The notes: generated from the letters alone by a model not told the origin. Shown: positions 34,684 through 47,639, numbered from the whole stretch's first letter. The stretch: 57,186 nucleotides of DNA, filler included, from Sphacelaria rigidula (GCA_964200075.2; 6 parts of 6 records of this genome joined end to end with filler, not necessarily neighbours in it); one strand, 5' to 3'. A program made the numbers and translations.

Positions 34684-37600
34684 AAAGTACCACGACGAGT
34701 ACTGAAAGGCCACTTTAGACATGCAGTGTATACTGTAGCGTGGATTGGGAAACAAGGCAAGAACAGCAAGGCAGAGCAGGAACCGGGACATCACGTTCCG
34801 GCGAAAAAGAAGTTACAGACGATGCAATGGGGGCCATACACGAGAGGTGGATCCGAACAATTACTCAATCAGCAGGTGAGATCCGTCGTAGAGTAATAGA
34901 GCGTGGGGGTATCGGGCTGGTGTGGTGTGTACTCATGATCATGCATGCCATAGGCATAAGACCGTTGACCTCGCATCCCTACAAACCGGGGACGGAGGAC
35001 GCCGGGCTTTCGCCGGACCAGGCTCGCATCCCGCTAGATTGTTCGGCCCGAAGCCCACTGATTATCTTGCATTTGGATGACAGCCTCCAATAAGTTGCTT
35101 TACAGTTGCGGTCCGGAGATAAGAAACGTCAATTTGGGGTTGAGGCTCAAAGTCTTATTTCGGGCGGAAACACCAGCATAAGGTGTGTTTTTTCTTATGT
35201 TGACTTTTCTTACATTTCTGGCCGACCGGATCCTATTGATTTCCTTGAAGTGTCGTTTTCTTATATCCTCGATGTACTGCCTCCGCCACCTCCTCGCTGA
35301 ACGCAAATTACCCAACGGAAAACACCCCCGCAGGTCTACAGTGTCTAACTGGCGCTTCCCAAAACCAAAAACGTATGCCGCTCCCACAAAAAGTACAGTT
35401 TAGCAAGGGGTGGGGGGGGGGTCTAGATATAGAAGGTACGTTTCTTAGTTGGGAAGGGGCTCCCCAGTCACCTAGTTCCTTATTTCGTATGCCTATTTTA
35501 GATATGTATCCGCGCTGTTTCTGATTTTCATGTTTCTTGTCTTGTCGCCCAGTTTGAGGTGTGTTTCTTGTTCATTTTTCTTATTTTCTGTGAAAAGCCC
35601 AGCCTCATTACTTTGACTAAATTTGTCTTAATTGAGGACCGCAACTGTATTGTCTGGCAGCGCCACTTCCAGAGACAGTCACGGCTTATATGCTGCCTCA
35701 TGGTTGTCTCACCGGTGTGGGGGGCGAGTCTCGAAGAGGCGAGGAGTGACGATATCTTGGGAAAGGAGAACGCGTCGAGTTGCGGCTACACAAAGGGGGA
35801 AAAAAATGAAGAAAATGGATTCTTGAAGTTGAAGGGACGTTTATACCGTGAAACAAGGGGGGGGGGTGTAGTAATATCAGCAAGTCACCTGAATCAGAAT
35901 CTGTTGCTAGGCCTCTGCATTCTACGGCATGGTACTACTGCTGCTGATGGGCCTTTGTACTTGTTCTTCACTTTGCCCCGTGACTGAGACGCATGTAGAC
36001 TTTAATTCGTTGGTGCATTCGACTTGGGTAGAACGGATAGCCAAGCAACCACAGTATTAATATACTTATAACCGGCTGAAGAACGGGGCGAAGATTGCCA
36101 TTCGTTCGTAGTTGGAGGTTTTCAGATGTATTTTCGCGTCTTTTGGCGTGCCACCGCTTGACATTTACCGACTCTAGCACGTTCGAGTGCTAAGGGCGTA
36201 TCTTCGCACAATATTTGCCGATCGAAAAAGTGCAGTGGGAACGAAAAAATCCGGTCTGATAGGTTCTCATTTCAACATATCCAGTGACGTTGACACGACT
36301 GACGACCCATTGTAATGGGGTTTCCCTTACCCGCCGCACCTTTTTCAATCGGAAATATGTTGCTCAAGACACGCCCTGAGAACAGCCGATCATCAAAATT
36401 GAGGATCAAGCTTTTCATTGAGGATAAGGAAGCGCCGGAACAGGGCTCGGAAAGTGTCCATATATTTTCCCCCAGAAGAGTCCGGTACCCAAAGGTAAGG
36501 ATAAGAGGAGCAGTAGAGTGGGATTCGATTTCTTAGGGTCCAACAGGATCGCTCAAATAAATGGTTGTGTCACCCATACCTGGTGGTCGTGATTGTTTTC
36601 TTAAGAAATGCAGGTCAGGACCTGACTATGAACTTCAAACGAAGAAAAGCGCCTTTTAAAACTCGGAGTTCAGAATTGACCCAGCACAAACGCAACAACA
36701 TTGCTTTTCAGTAGCCGATCTCACTACGAAATAATACGAACAACAGTTATGATCAGCGGCGAGTCGGATCATAAAAAATGGTGGAGAGGGGCCACGCCGG
36801 CTTTCAATTTTCTCGCTATCCGTCGGATCAAAAAAACTCGAGACGTGTTCAGGACACATGAGAGTTTTCCGATGGCCGCAGCTTTTTCTCGCCAAACTCG
36901 CATTTTCATTCAGAAATGTTTAACTCGCATTTTTATTCAGAACTGTTCTCGGGGAACAAATATATGGGCACTGTGCTGTAATAAAGAGCAGGGGCTACAT
37001 AATGCAAGGACACAGCTTGCAACTCAAGGCACAAGCTTGTCAGGCAAGTGTACAATCGTCAGACTGTTACAACGTGCAGAAGGCTGTATAACCTGCTCAA
37101 TATCCAAATGTTAGCCGAGGTTCACGCAAATAGGTTCTTGGACTTCTCTCTTAATTATCTTGATTCTAACTCCGATGCCACTCAATCAATCCAACCCAGA
37201 ACAGCCAATATCTCTCACCGATGGTTAGACTTCCTTTTGCTGGTTAGCAGATGGGAGCAGTTGGTAGTGCTCATCAGGGGGGTTTGTTCGTGGCTACAGC
37301 GAACAAAGCCCGTATTATTCCTGTGATTATACAGGTTCACATTCGTATCCGATGAACTCTGAACAGACCTGTAGTCTACGGAACAAAAGCACGCCATGGC
37401 TAGAATCGACAACGGTCTGAAGCGGCATCAACAGACTAATATGCGTCTTCATGACACTAACCCACCCAGACAACCCTTTATTACAGCTGCGAGGATTTAT
37501 CCTAAAAGTAGCGAAAACGAAGGTTTTTCTTCACTCGTAAAGTCATGAGCGACTAAAGCATACCTAAAGGAACACTCCCGTACCTGGCATTCCCGTACCA

Positions 37601-37779
37601 ACAATCCTGTACCCTACTCCCACACCTTAAAAGAACGGAAGCATAGACTGCTGCGAGGAGCAGAAAAGAAAAACTGCTCCGAAACGCGGAAGTACAAACT
37701 GCTTCGGCGTGCTAGCGATCAACGAAGAAGCATAAATTGCTTGGGCGTCGTAGCAAAAGTCAAGGGGGGAAACAGGGAG

Positions 37780-37903
37780 GTACAACAGGGAGCAGAGCTT
37801 CAACCTGGGGGAATCCCTAAGATACAACAGGGAGCAGAGCTTCAACCTGGGAGAATCCAAAGGTACAACAGGGAGCAGAGCGTCAACCTGGGGGAATCCA
37901 AAG
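37780..37903 (+). repeat. ~40-bp tandem repeat x3 (tacaacagggagcagagcttcaacctgggggaatcc)
   Basis: Three adjacent near-identical units. Confidence 0.85.
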
Positions 37904-38092
37904 GTGCTAAAAACTGGAAGACCGAAAATCTGAAAATCGGTGATCCAACAAGATCAAGCGCCAGATGAAGGGGATACTATGGCTCCAGTAGTCGTAGGTA
38001 GAGGTCGTGTCAGCAGTTCTTGATCGTTGTTCGGTGTAGGTCGCGCTATCGTGGTATAGTAGAAGAGGGTCCTGGTGGAGAACGGGGGGGGG

Positions 38093-38192
38093 NNNNNNNN
38101 NNNNNNNNNNNNNNNNNNNNNNNNNNNNNNNNNNNNTTAATTAATTAANNNNNNNNNNNNNNNNNNNNNNNNNNNNNNNNNNNNNNNNNNNN
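38093..38192. other. Artificial contig spacer
   Basis: N44-TTAATTAATTAA-N44. Confidence 0.98.
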
Positions 38193-38872
38193 CCCCCCCG
38201 CCCTCCTCTCCCCTGCGTTCCTATTGCCTATCATTTCTCGCCTGGGTTATACGCCCGCTGGGTTTTACACCCCTACTTCCCCTAGTTTGGGGTTTTGTTC
38301 GGAAGAAACGTAATAAGCGCCCATATGTTAGATGTGTCTCAACTACGAGTAGGGACGGTGCCCCGTCTCGATAGGGAGGCGTGGTAAACGCTCAAATGAC
38401 CGGGGCAAGCAAGCAACAAAGGAGTACCCCCGCCCCTTCGGGTGCGGGACCTGGACATGCCAGAAAAAGGAAGCGGTCTTCTGGTGGTGAAGTGGAGGAA
38501 GAAGTGAAGTGTAGATGAACATAATTTCCCTCATGGGAAAGCAAAATCAAAAGTCCTTTGGTGGCAGAATGTGAACCATGAAAGGAGGAAAGGGGACGTG
38601 TTACAGGGGGGAAAGGGGGAAGTTAACGCCGGTGGCATGAAATCGTTTGATGCATTAGATAGTCGCGAGAATCTCACCTAGTATAGCCCAGTAAAGAGAC
38701 ACGTGCGTAATGCATGGAAGAAACGCAATGAGCGATCAAGCGTTGGAGGTGCCTCTATTGGAGGTAGGAATGGTGCTCCATCTCGAAAGGGATGCGTGGT
38801 TGATGATCACACGACTAAGGCAAGCAACGAATAAGTACGCCCCGCCCCCCCTTCCCTCCCCCGGTTACTTAC

Positions 38873-41355
38873 CCTGTCCCTGAGACACTTGAAGGCCATG
38901 GGCACGGCCAAGATAAGTAGAAGTAGTGTCGCCGCCACCCCCGATCGGTTCACAACCTCGGTGTAAAGAAGCTCTGCGGAGTTCTCCATGACGAATCGCA
39001 CCGTGTGCAAAATCCCGTGTAGCAGACCGCACCCCAAAATCATCATGCCGAAGGCTGCACAACGGCCAGGGGCACGAGCACATGCGAACGCACGATACAG
39101 TAAAACGAGCAGCCGATTGAGTTGTAAGGCATGTTTGGTCAACACTATAACCGCCATCACTTCAGAGGATAAGAGCACCAGAGTGGGAGGGGTAGAGAAA
39201 CGAGCACCGTGGACAGAAAAGTGCACACGGAGGACTCCTGTAGCAGACTGGCGCCCTCATTTTCAATTCTTTGCAGTGAAACAATTTTAATTGTTCACGT
39301 ATCACGCGTTCGTAGGAGCCCCGCCTCCCGCCACATGAAAAGAATAAACACGGAGGGATTCGATGACAAACAACAGAGCGATGCTACGGTAGAAGCGCAC
39401 TTTTTGCGCAAAATCTCGTCTGGTTCCGGGGCCCCTAACAATTTTAGATGCACAAGAATATAACAGTCGATCGCCGAAATTGAGGAAGCTTTTCATTGAG
39501 GATGAGAAACCGGAGGATTAAAATCTTCGTATCCACACCAAATATTCGAAATATGGTCCCATTCCTTCACCTACTGATAGCTGTTCATAACTGCTGCACA
39601 CCCAACAAATTTATATTTCGATCACCGGAATGTTGGGGTCCTAGGTGAAGAGACAATTTCGGGGAATTTCGGCGATCCGATCCTCGGAGTTCTTATTCTC
39701 AAAAAAAAGCTTCATCCTCAATTTCGATTATCAGCTGTTATATGGGTCAGGGCATCCCCGTTTGCGAATTCATTCGGGATATCCCCATAAGCACACTGAA
39801 ATAGTAGTCCTGGCGTACTCTCACATATTCCACAAGTCTTGCATTTGACGAGATCAAGGGCTCTTGACAATTGTAGGCTCAGAAAGTATTTCTGCACCCC
39901 CTACTGTAGCGTTACTCGGCACCGAACCGTCTTTTATGAACACCAGCAAACACTACGCACATGTATGAAGATCGTGCGTCGGTTCGAAGTCAACGATGAG
40001 CTGGATCCAGGAGTGATGCAGGAAGTACCGGGTGGCGTAGCACTTGGAGAACATGCAGATAACCATGCCTGCGATGAGGGCTCCCCCTAATGCAGACGCC
40101 ATGACGAGCATGACCTTGCTAGCTGTCGACGTCGCAATTCCGCTGGGACTGCAGAATCACGAGTGGAGGCACAGAGCGATACGCAGGTTCCTGTGTCACC
40201 AGGCTGTGATCAGCAGAGCCTAGAGTGTACCAGACTCATGATGACGGTAGTCAACCATCTGTCTGTGTTTCATGTTTTGGCCGTTACACGTGGTGGGAGA
40301 GGCTTGTGCCCACCCCCACATTCATTTCCTTCTCTTTTGTCGCCCGACTATGCAGTACCAAACTTCTACACGATCCTGATCGGCTGCCAGCCGTGTGGTT
40401 TGATCGACTATACCAGACGTGTCAGTCGAACTGACCCACCGGATGACAGATCACGAAACAACTCATGTTTATTTTGCTCGAAAAATTTCCCCCCCTCCTT
40501 CTCCTCTCCCTCGCTCTGCTCCCCTCGACTATTCGCACACAAGCACACAGATGTGCTTGGAAACGCGCACGCGACTACGCAATAGGGCACAACGAACGGT
40601 CGGTCGATATAAGTAAAACAGAAAACAGTTTCAAAATGCGTGCGGGTGTGTCGGCGTCTGCGTCTGCATGTGTGTATGTCCATCCCCTCGCCCACCAGGC
40701 AAGGAGGATGGACAAATTATACCGAAAATGAAAAAAAGTTGGACAATGGCCACGTAAAAATGCACTATATATAGCAGTAAACTGCCAAAAAGCCTTCCTA
40801 CCATAAAAGCTTCACCACAGTGGTACAAACACAAAAACAAGGTTAAAATAAAGGTAGTAGAACAAAAAAACAAAAAAGACGAGCATACTCCACATACATC
40901 TAGCGACATGAACATAAGGGCATTCAGTAAGAAAGTAAAAACGAAAACAAGATCAAAATAAATGGTTGCGGTGGATACCACCCTCACGTTGGACACATCT
41001 CCCCTATGCGACAGCCGCCCCTCGGACCACCATCATCACCATCATCACCATCATCTGTCAGCAAGCCTATCGTACGCCTGGATGCGTACGTGAGCGCCGT
41101 GAGCACCGTTGCCTAGAGGGAACATATCAGCAGGGCACAGTAAGGGGCGAGAGTTATACAACGGTATGGACTGCACGATAGGGCCCAGGTCGTTCTCATT
41201 CAGGGGCGCTTAAGGTCACGAGCTGCACACCAGTATGGGTCAGGAGATCACCGTTTCCGAACCCATGCGGAATCATCGCTAGGAAGAAGTACATTAGAAT
41301 GCTTATCGTGTCGTATGCCTCCACATGTCGACAAGCCGTTTTTATGGATGAGATA
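38873..41355 (-). CDS. Ferric reductase / NADPH-oxidase-like transmembrane protein, internal exons (~41355-41230 uncertain, 41112-40988, 40148-39961, 39054-38873)
   Basis: The phase-consistent splice gives ...GCRIGEMCP|TPSGIATSTASKVMLVMASALGGALIAGMVICMFSKCYATRYFLHHSWIQLIVDFEPTHDLHT|SFGMMILGCGLLHGILHTVRF...NRSGVAATLLLLILAVPMAFKCLRDR. It has transmembrane helices and a haem-ligand-type spacing of His residues (LH-x12-LH-x3-H). Confidence 0.72.
39458..39742. mobile_element. Intronic TIR element carrying one arm of the 30251-30683 foldback family
   Basis: atataacagtcgatcgccgaaattgagga..agcttt is inverted at aaagcttcatcctcaatttcgattatcagctgttatat. Confidence 0.6.
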
Positions 41356-41926
41356 CTGTAGAGGGCTGGTATTCTAGTAACTTGAACTTGAGAAAGTTGT
41401 TTGTGCACCCCTACCCACCTCTATATACATATAACACCCACTTCGCAACACAGCAACAAACGCGCGCTCTCACGATTTAGAACATTCCGAGTTGACATGC
41501 CAAGCAAGTTAAAGCCATGAAAACCTGATTTCCCTTCTTCGGACGCGATTATGTCAACCTGCCTAATAATTACCCTGGGATATGTTGGGGAATGCGGCTA
41601 CAACAGCGTGAGATAGTACGCGTCCCACCGCCCGTCTGTGCGCAGGTTACAATTCTCGGGGAGAGGTGAAGGGGGAGGGGGCAAGTGTAATCATGATCTT
41701 GCATGCCCTGGTCATCTGACCATTGACCTTGCATCCCAACGAAGCCGGGACGAAGCACGCCGAGTTTTGGCCGGACCAGGCTCGCACACAATCACCAAGC
41801 GCGGGGACGGGGGGACGGGGGGACGGGGGGGTTCATCCATATAATGCGAGATAATTTCAACGCTGACTATAGTTTTCTCCACAAATCTAGCATCGGATAG
41901 TTTGCGGCGATGTTGTTTTGGGATAA

Positions 41927-42398
41927 GGCTACTTCTCATGTATCAGAAACCAAAACTTGTTGAAAATTGCATTTTTGGCCCTTCTCCGTCGTTTTCCCCC
42001 TGATAGGAGGGCTGATCGGCTGTTGACACCTTGGGATGACTTGCTCTACTCGCTGAGACGGTTACAGAGCACGTTTGCGTTTCCCGTAGGTCACGGTTTT
42101 GTTTTTGGCCGAACTTTCATCTTCAAAAACAAGCGGTCAAGTTATCTGAAAACAGAGGGAAAACTGACATTTTTTCGGTAACTTGACCGTTTGTTTTTGA
42201 AAATGCAAGCTTGGCCAAAAACAAAACCGTGACCTACGGGACAAGCAAAGGTGCTCTGGAACCGTCGCAGCGAGTAGAACAAGTCATCCCAAGGTGTCCA
42301 GAGCCGCCTTGCCCTCTTTCCGGGGGAAAAACGACGGAGAAGGGTCATAAGATGCACTTTTCAACAACTTCTATTTTTTCAATACATAAGAAGTAGCC
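41927..42398. mobile_element. PIF/Harbinger-like foldback MITE (~225-bp arms)
   Basis: TAA|ggctacttct.atgtat ... atacataagaagtagcc|TCA. The arms are inverted over almost the whole length. Confidence 0.75.
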
Positions 42399-42587
42399 TC
42401 AAGTCCAGAAAGAGGAAAAAAAAAAGAAAGGGTGGTTAGGAAGAGACCCTTGAATACTCAGCATCACAACCTCACACGCGGCCATTTGGCTACCCCCCAA
42501 AGTGCCTCTGGCGGGATGCGTGGCCCTCCGAGGCAAAGCAAGCCTCCGGAGGGGTTTAACCTCTCTCGAGGAAACCAAACACTATAG

Positions 42588-42835
42588 GGTGGGCCTACAT
42601 TGACACCGGGCTCTAATCACCAGATGTACAATCTGGCTCTTGGCTCCTCTTTCCAAGTGGAAATGATGGCCGATTCAACAAACATGACACCCTGCCGGTG
42701 AAACCTTGCGAGTATATGGTGGGCGTACATTGACATCGGGCTCTAATCACCAGATGGGCGATGTGGATCTTGAAATCTCTTTCCAAGTGGAAATGATGCC
42801 GATGCAAGGAACCATCACACCCTGCCGGTGAAACC
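42588..42835 (+). repeat. Tandem ~130-bp duplication
   Basis: gtgggc.tacattgaca.cgggctctaatcaccagatg...tctttccaagtggaaatgatg...caccctgccggtgaaacc occurs twice. Confidence 0.85.
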
Positions 42836-42989
42836 TCTTGATTTCTGGAGACAGTCATCGGCATCGCTAAAACCTGAAGAAAAAAAGTGTAAATGTATGT
42901 ACACTACAAAAACGTCAAATGTAAAGCCGCGCCACCCCAGAGCAGGCGATTTCGAGTGCAAGTCGTGTCGGATGCCGATGTCCTCTCCT

Positions 42990-43448
42990 GCACACGTCGG
43001 ACAGCCCATGAGCTACCTGGAGAGTACGTCTTATTAGAATACTGACCCGGATCATGAGCTATTTCAACCCTTTTTGGACTGGACTCCCCGGAACATGTGG
43101 TTTGCACGCAGGAGGCATTTCCGTGAATCGGCATCATTTTTACTTCGAAACGATTGAAAATGATGCCGACTCACAAAGGGGCCCCCACGGCATCGTTTTT
43201 ACTTGTACCCCACATGTTTCAGGGAATCCGGTCCAAAAAGGGTTACTATTATTAATAGCTTATTTGGCCACTATTTTCATGTTTGCCCCCTCCCGACAGC
43301 GAAGGACGCCGAGCACGTGGTGCAGCGGGAAGGTAACGGTTCGGCTTCTCGAACACCGCTGTCACGTGTTTTGTGTTTTTGTACAAGGGATCCGAGAGTT
43401 CTCTTCGATTAGCTATTTCAGGTTGCTCATGAGCTGTCCGACATGTGC
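42990..43448. mobile_element. TIR element (~35-bp arms) containing a nested piggyBac-like mini element at 43068-43242
   Basis: Outer arm gcacacgtcggacagcccatgagctacctgg pairs with tcaggttgctcatgagctgtccgacatgtgc. Inner element: tcaa|ccctttttggac ... gtccaaaaaggg|ttac. Confidence 0.55.
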
Positions 43449-43731
43449 TCTGCTCTTGTGAGGATACGCTCACGCGTGGTTTTGCGTAGAAGTGAAATTA
43501 GTGTGGGAAAGGGGGGCAACGGGCCGAGCTTCGAATGAAAAAAAAATGCTCACCTCCTGGATCATCACTATATCACGCTCTGGAGATAGACGAGACAACG
43601 CAACGAACGCGGGCTATCAGGAACGGCATTTTCCTGATTTACATTTGTACACGTACTGGACACAGCTCTCCAGCTCTTTACTCTCAAGTGGGGCGGGCTT
43701 GCGTGAACTCCGAGTAATGCCATGGTAGAGG

Positions 43732-44195
43732 TAGGCTTCAGCTCCGTAAGTTATATCCTAATTTTGAGTTTTCGGCCTTGAATAAGCTTCTTTATTCGAA
43801 AAGCTTGAAAAGTGCTCGAAACGCGCATAAAATTGCCATACTCTTTCATGCGCCTCCTGCAGCCATTGTATCAGCTGCCTGGAGGCCTAAAAGTGCCCCC
43901 TACGGCCTATCGCGTGACTCGTGACTCGTCACCAGACAGGCTTCCATATTTATTACTCCAAACTGCCGTGGTTGCGGGTCTGACCCGGAAAACGTTCCTG
44001 TGTATTTTATATATTTGGTATCATGTTGAATTGCAAACGTTCATCAAGAGACAATACTTGCACCATGGGGCCCACTGTGCATTGTACAGTATATAAAAAA
44101 GCTTGAAATGGGGCATAAAACAAGGGGGGAAAGCTTATCTGTAAAAAAAAGAAACTAAAATTGTTTTTTAAACGGGCTTACGGAGCTGAAGCCTA
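43732..44195. mobile_element. hAT-type MITE (19-bp perfect TIR, 8-bp TSD)
   Basis: TIR taggcttcagctccgtaag / cttacggagctgaagccta. Flanks are ggtagagg and ggtagggg (7/8). Confidence 0.82.
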
Positions 44196-44357
44196 GGTAG
44201 GGGGTGCACTTCTGACTTTTCAGTCCAAAAGTCTCCTGAGGCTGCACACTGTATATCAGGCCCAGATATCTGTCATAGCGAGGGTCCTACAGCAAAGAGC
44301 CTCAGAGGAAAAAAAAAACGTCGCTCCTGCGCGACAAGAGTGCATGGTTGAACACAC

Positions 44358-44567
44358 TGTGATATGTGCAAGGACCGTCTGCTTATTCTAAGACCGCATC
44401 GGAATTCAAACATCCCGAGGGTTAGGGTTCGGGCTAGTGTTGGGGTTGAGGTCAGGGGCGTGGTCCTCGCAGGGACTGATGCCCGATCGGTTTTGAAAAA
44501 CGTCGATCCTGAGGTGTTTCGAACTACGATGCGGTCCTCTAAGCACACGGGCCTCTCACGCATTACA
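44358..44567. mobile_element. Telomere-repeat-carrying MITE, copy 3 (5-bp TSD CACAC)
   Basis: cacac|tgtgatatgtg.aaggaccg...gagggttagggttcgggctag...ggtcctctaagcac...ctctcacgcattaca|cacac. Confidence 0.8.
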
Positions 44568-45949
44568 CACACTATGATTTTGCCGAACCCTAAATCCAAC
44601 CCTAACCGACACCAGGCAGAGCAAGTACCCTTGGGCAAGGGAGGTACACGTAGTAGTACCCCCATGCTAAAGGTGTGCTGTTATGGCCAAGATCGGCTCC
44701 TCTTTGGACGGCGCACATTTCGCAAGGAAGTGCTACGCGACGGAACCTGGGCGATGCACGGGGACCATGATTGATTTGATGGGTTGTCGCACACTCTTTA
44801 GGAACTGTTGATGGAAAAATGACTATTTACAAAGTCCCACATGCGAGCTTCCGTCACCGGTAAAACGTCACTTCGAGTGCGGTGCACGAATCTGTCACAT
44901 TGTTAGTACACTCGAACTGAGAATGGTGCACCGTTGGGGTGGGCTGCATCATCAAAACTTGCCCTGTCAGGACGAGTCATTATCACGACTCAAAATCACC
45001 AAATTCACGATTTCTTCGGCCTGATCGCCCACGAGGGAGGAAAAAGTTGATCGCTGGTTCAAGGAGTATCCACGCAACTTTTGCGCCATTCCACGTTTTT
45101 GGGCTGCGTGTACCTGGGTTGCAACGCTGAAATAAACCCTAGGGATTGATTCGTCACGAGTCGAATCGATTATACTAAAACCGAGTAATTTACAGACGAA
45201 TCGTTTTTTGTCCGACCCTTTTAAACTTGCAGGGAAACGAACACATATTACGCAAGAAAACTTCACTTGTAAATCGTTACTCTTCCATCAACGGTTGGTT
45301 CCAAAAGGGTTACAATTGATCACCGAGGGATCCAGCCTTGGTCATTATCCGCAAGATAGAGAAAACGTACTCCAAGTAAACAGAACGGAGAAATACACAG
45401 AACAAAGACAACATTTAACAAAAATAAATCCAAAACAAACAGGGGAAGGAAGGGAAGAAAAGGGAGGGGACGAGAAATAAACATAATACAAGACAAGAGA
45501 CGAATGGTCCGAAAAAATAGCCGGCCCCGTTAACACTCTAGATCTTCGATATTGATCGTCTACACTACAAACCAAGTGTCTAAGTACCCGTGGGTTTTTG
45601 TCGCCGAGTTGGTGTAAAATCTGTTGCAATTTTAGACAGGACAGTCTAAGTTCTTTGTGTGTGATTGAAATCGCCGCTAAAAGATACTGTACAGGATAAG
45701 CGGCACGACTTAAATGTTATTTGTTACGGTTCGGGTGAAACTGTGAACCACGTATGTGTCGTTTAACTAGAACTCGTTCTCAAACCACCCGCCAGCAGTC
45801 GTCCGTTCGACCGCACTTCTCATCGGCGGAGGCAACCGCAGGGGACGAGACGATTGCAGCGATGGATGGGACTGGAGCTACCGAAGAAGACCACTTTTCG
45901 CGAGAATCTCGTTCTCCAAGCATGGTGTCGCATGTAAGACGGGTTTCTA

Positions 45950-46905
45950 ACACGCGTGAGATAGAAAGTTGGGACCGATGCAATCAACAATTGTTCCACG
46001 TCTTGTATCTGTCTACAACTGGTCCTGCTGCGAGTTTATTTGTTGCGTTTCCAGCCGAAGGGTTCAGAGAGACCACACGGCAAACGTGCATGGGAGGCTT
46101 TGATGTCCAAGTATTAAAATTCTTCGAAGCAGAGAATCGGGATCTTGATGAGAGAACTCAACAGCGTCACTATGTCACCAGGGCAAGACCCTGATACTTC
46201 CTTGAGCAAGGTGTATCAGCTTCGGGACGAACTGGACAACGTTGGCGAGGCCATTTCCGAAGAAAGGTTGACTGGCATAGTGATCGACGGTTTAACAAGC
46301 GAGTATGATCTCATCAAGTACAATGCGGAGCGTGATCCAGATATCAGTGTCCAGAGCATCGAAACAATAACGCGAAATATGTATGCTAATCGCATGGCGC
46401 GGAAATATACCTCCGGGAAATCGCATGGCCGCGATTCATCACTGCTGGTGATATCACTGTCGAAATCTTTGAATCAATCCCAGAAATTCCGTGGAAATTG
46501 CTACACCTGCGGGAAACCAGGACATCAGGCCAGAGACTGTCGTTCCCAACTGCAGTCAAAAAATGGGAACACGCCTGTAAAGTGGTGCAGATTCCATCAC
46601 GGCATGATGATACCGAGTGTAGATCTCAACAGAATCGCGGGAATGCAGCCGACAACGCTGGAAACAACAGCAATAACCATCATCGTGGCAGAAATCCCCG
46701 CCATCGAAATAACAAGCGTGACAACAGCAACAACAACAGTAGGAGCTACCACAACAGCAACATCGGCAGCAACAACTCCAACGGACATCAACGCCAAGCC
46801 AACACAGCCGTCGCCGACCCAGCTTCTACAACCGTACCATCGAACAACAACGGCCTGGAAACTTCTTCATCAACAGCTGCGACAGTGATAGATACAGCAT
46901 TGTAG
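45950..46905 (+). mobile_element. Degenerate Ty1/Copia gag (UBN2-like region plus CCHC zinc knuckle)
   Basis: WDRCNQQLFHVLYLSTTGPA / GKRAWEALMSKY* / ELNSVTMSPGQDPD...LRDELDNVGEAISEERLTGIVIDGLTSEY / CYTCGKPGHQARDC, with frameshifts and a stop. Confidence 0.85.
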
Positions 46906-47049
46906 GCGCGGTCCCCCCAGTCGATATAAACCGTAGCTCGTCCTTAGATGCGTACACATCGGTTGTTCAAGCGGGCTGCCGCGTTGGGCGTTACCCCGTA
47001 TTGGGATCTTTGGCGGTTAGTGTAACGTTGTGCGCGACCGCTTGTGGTT

Positions 47050-47215
47050 GAGTTCTGCCCTTGTACCGATGATGTTGTTGAGGGGAAGAGAGCTGGCCGG
47101 GATGATATCGGCTACATCATGATTCTTGATACTTTGAAGTTCGTCCAGCATGGCTGCTTTCCATTTCTTCGAGTATGGTGAATTCGATGCCTGTCGATAG
47201 TTGGTAGGTACTGCA
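47050..47215 (-). mobile_element. Copia reverse-transcriptase N-terminal fragment
   Basis: PTNYRQASNSPYSKKWKAAMLDELQSIKNHDVADII matches the Copia P..Y.EA.....W..AM..E..S...N.VW motif. Confidence 0.8.
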
Positions 47216-47639
47216 ATTGACGCGGGTGGTGCAACCTGCAACAAAATCTACACTCTATTTATCCACCCGAGGCAACCGTCCACTCGAGGCCAGTACTCAA
47301 GGAGGCGGAATGTTTCCAAATCGGGGCAAGATATAGGAGTTGTGCTGGAGCGAGATATTAATATTCGGTAACATCAGGTAACTATACGAGTGAGTCACGA
47401 TTAATTGAAATTTATCATCGAAAACACAACACGGGGTCGGGTCAGTCAGTAACTCAGTGCTTCGAATGAATTTGCCCCCTATCGGGGGGTGTCCTCCTCA
47501 TACGGGGGGGGGGTGTACTCATGATCATGCTTGCCATAGTCAGACCATACGGGGGGGGGGGGGGGGGGGGAAAACATCTGAAGGGAAGGATTTCTTTTTT
47601 GGGGTTGTTATTTTTATTGAATTTTTCCCAACATTACTA

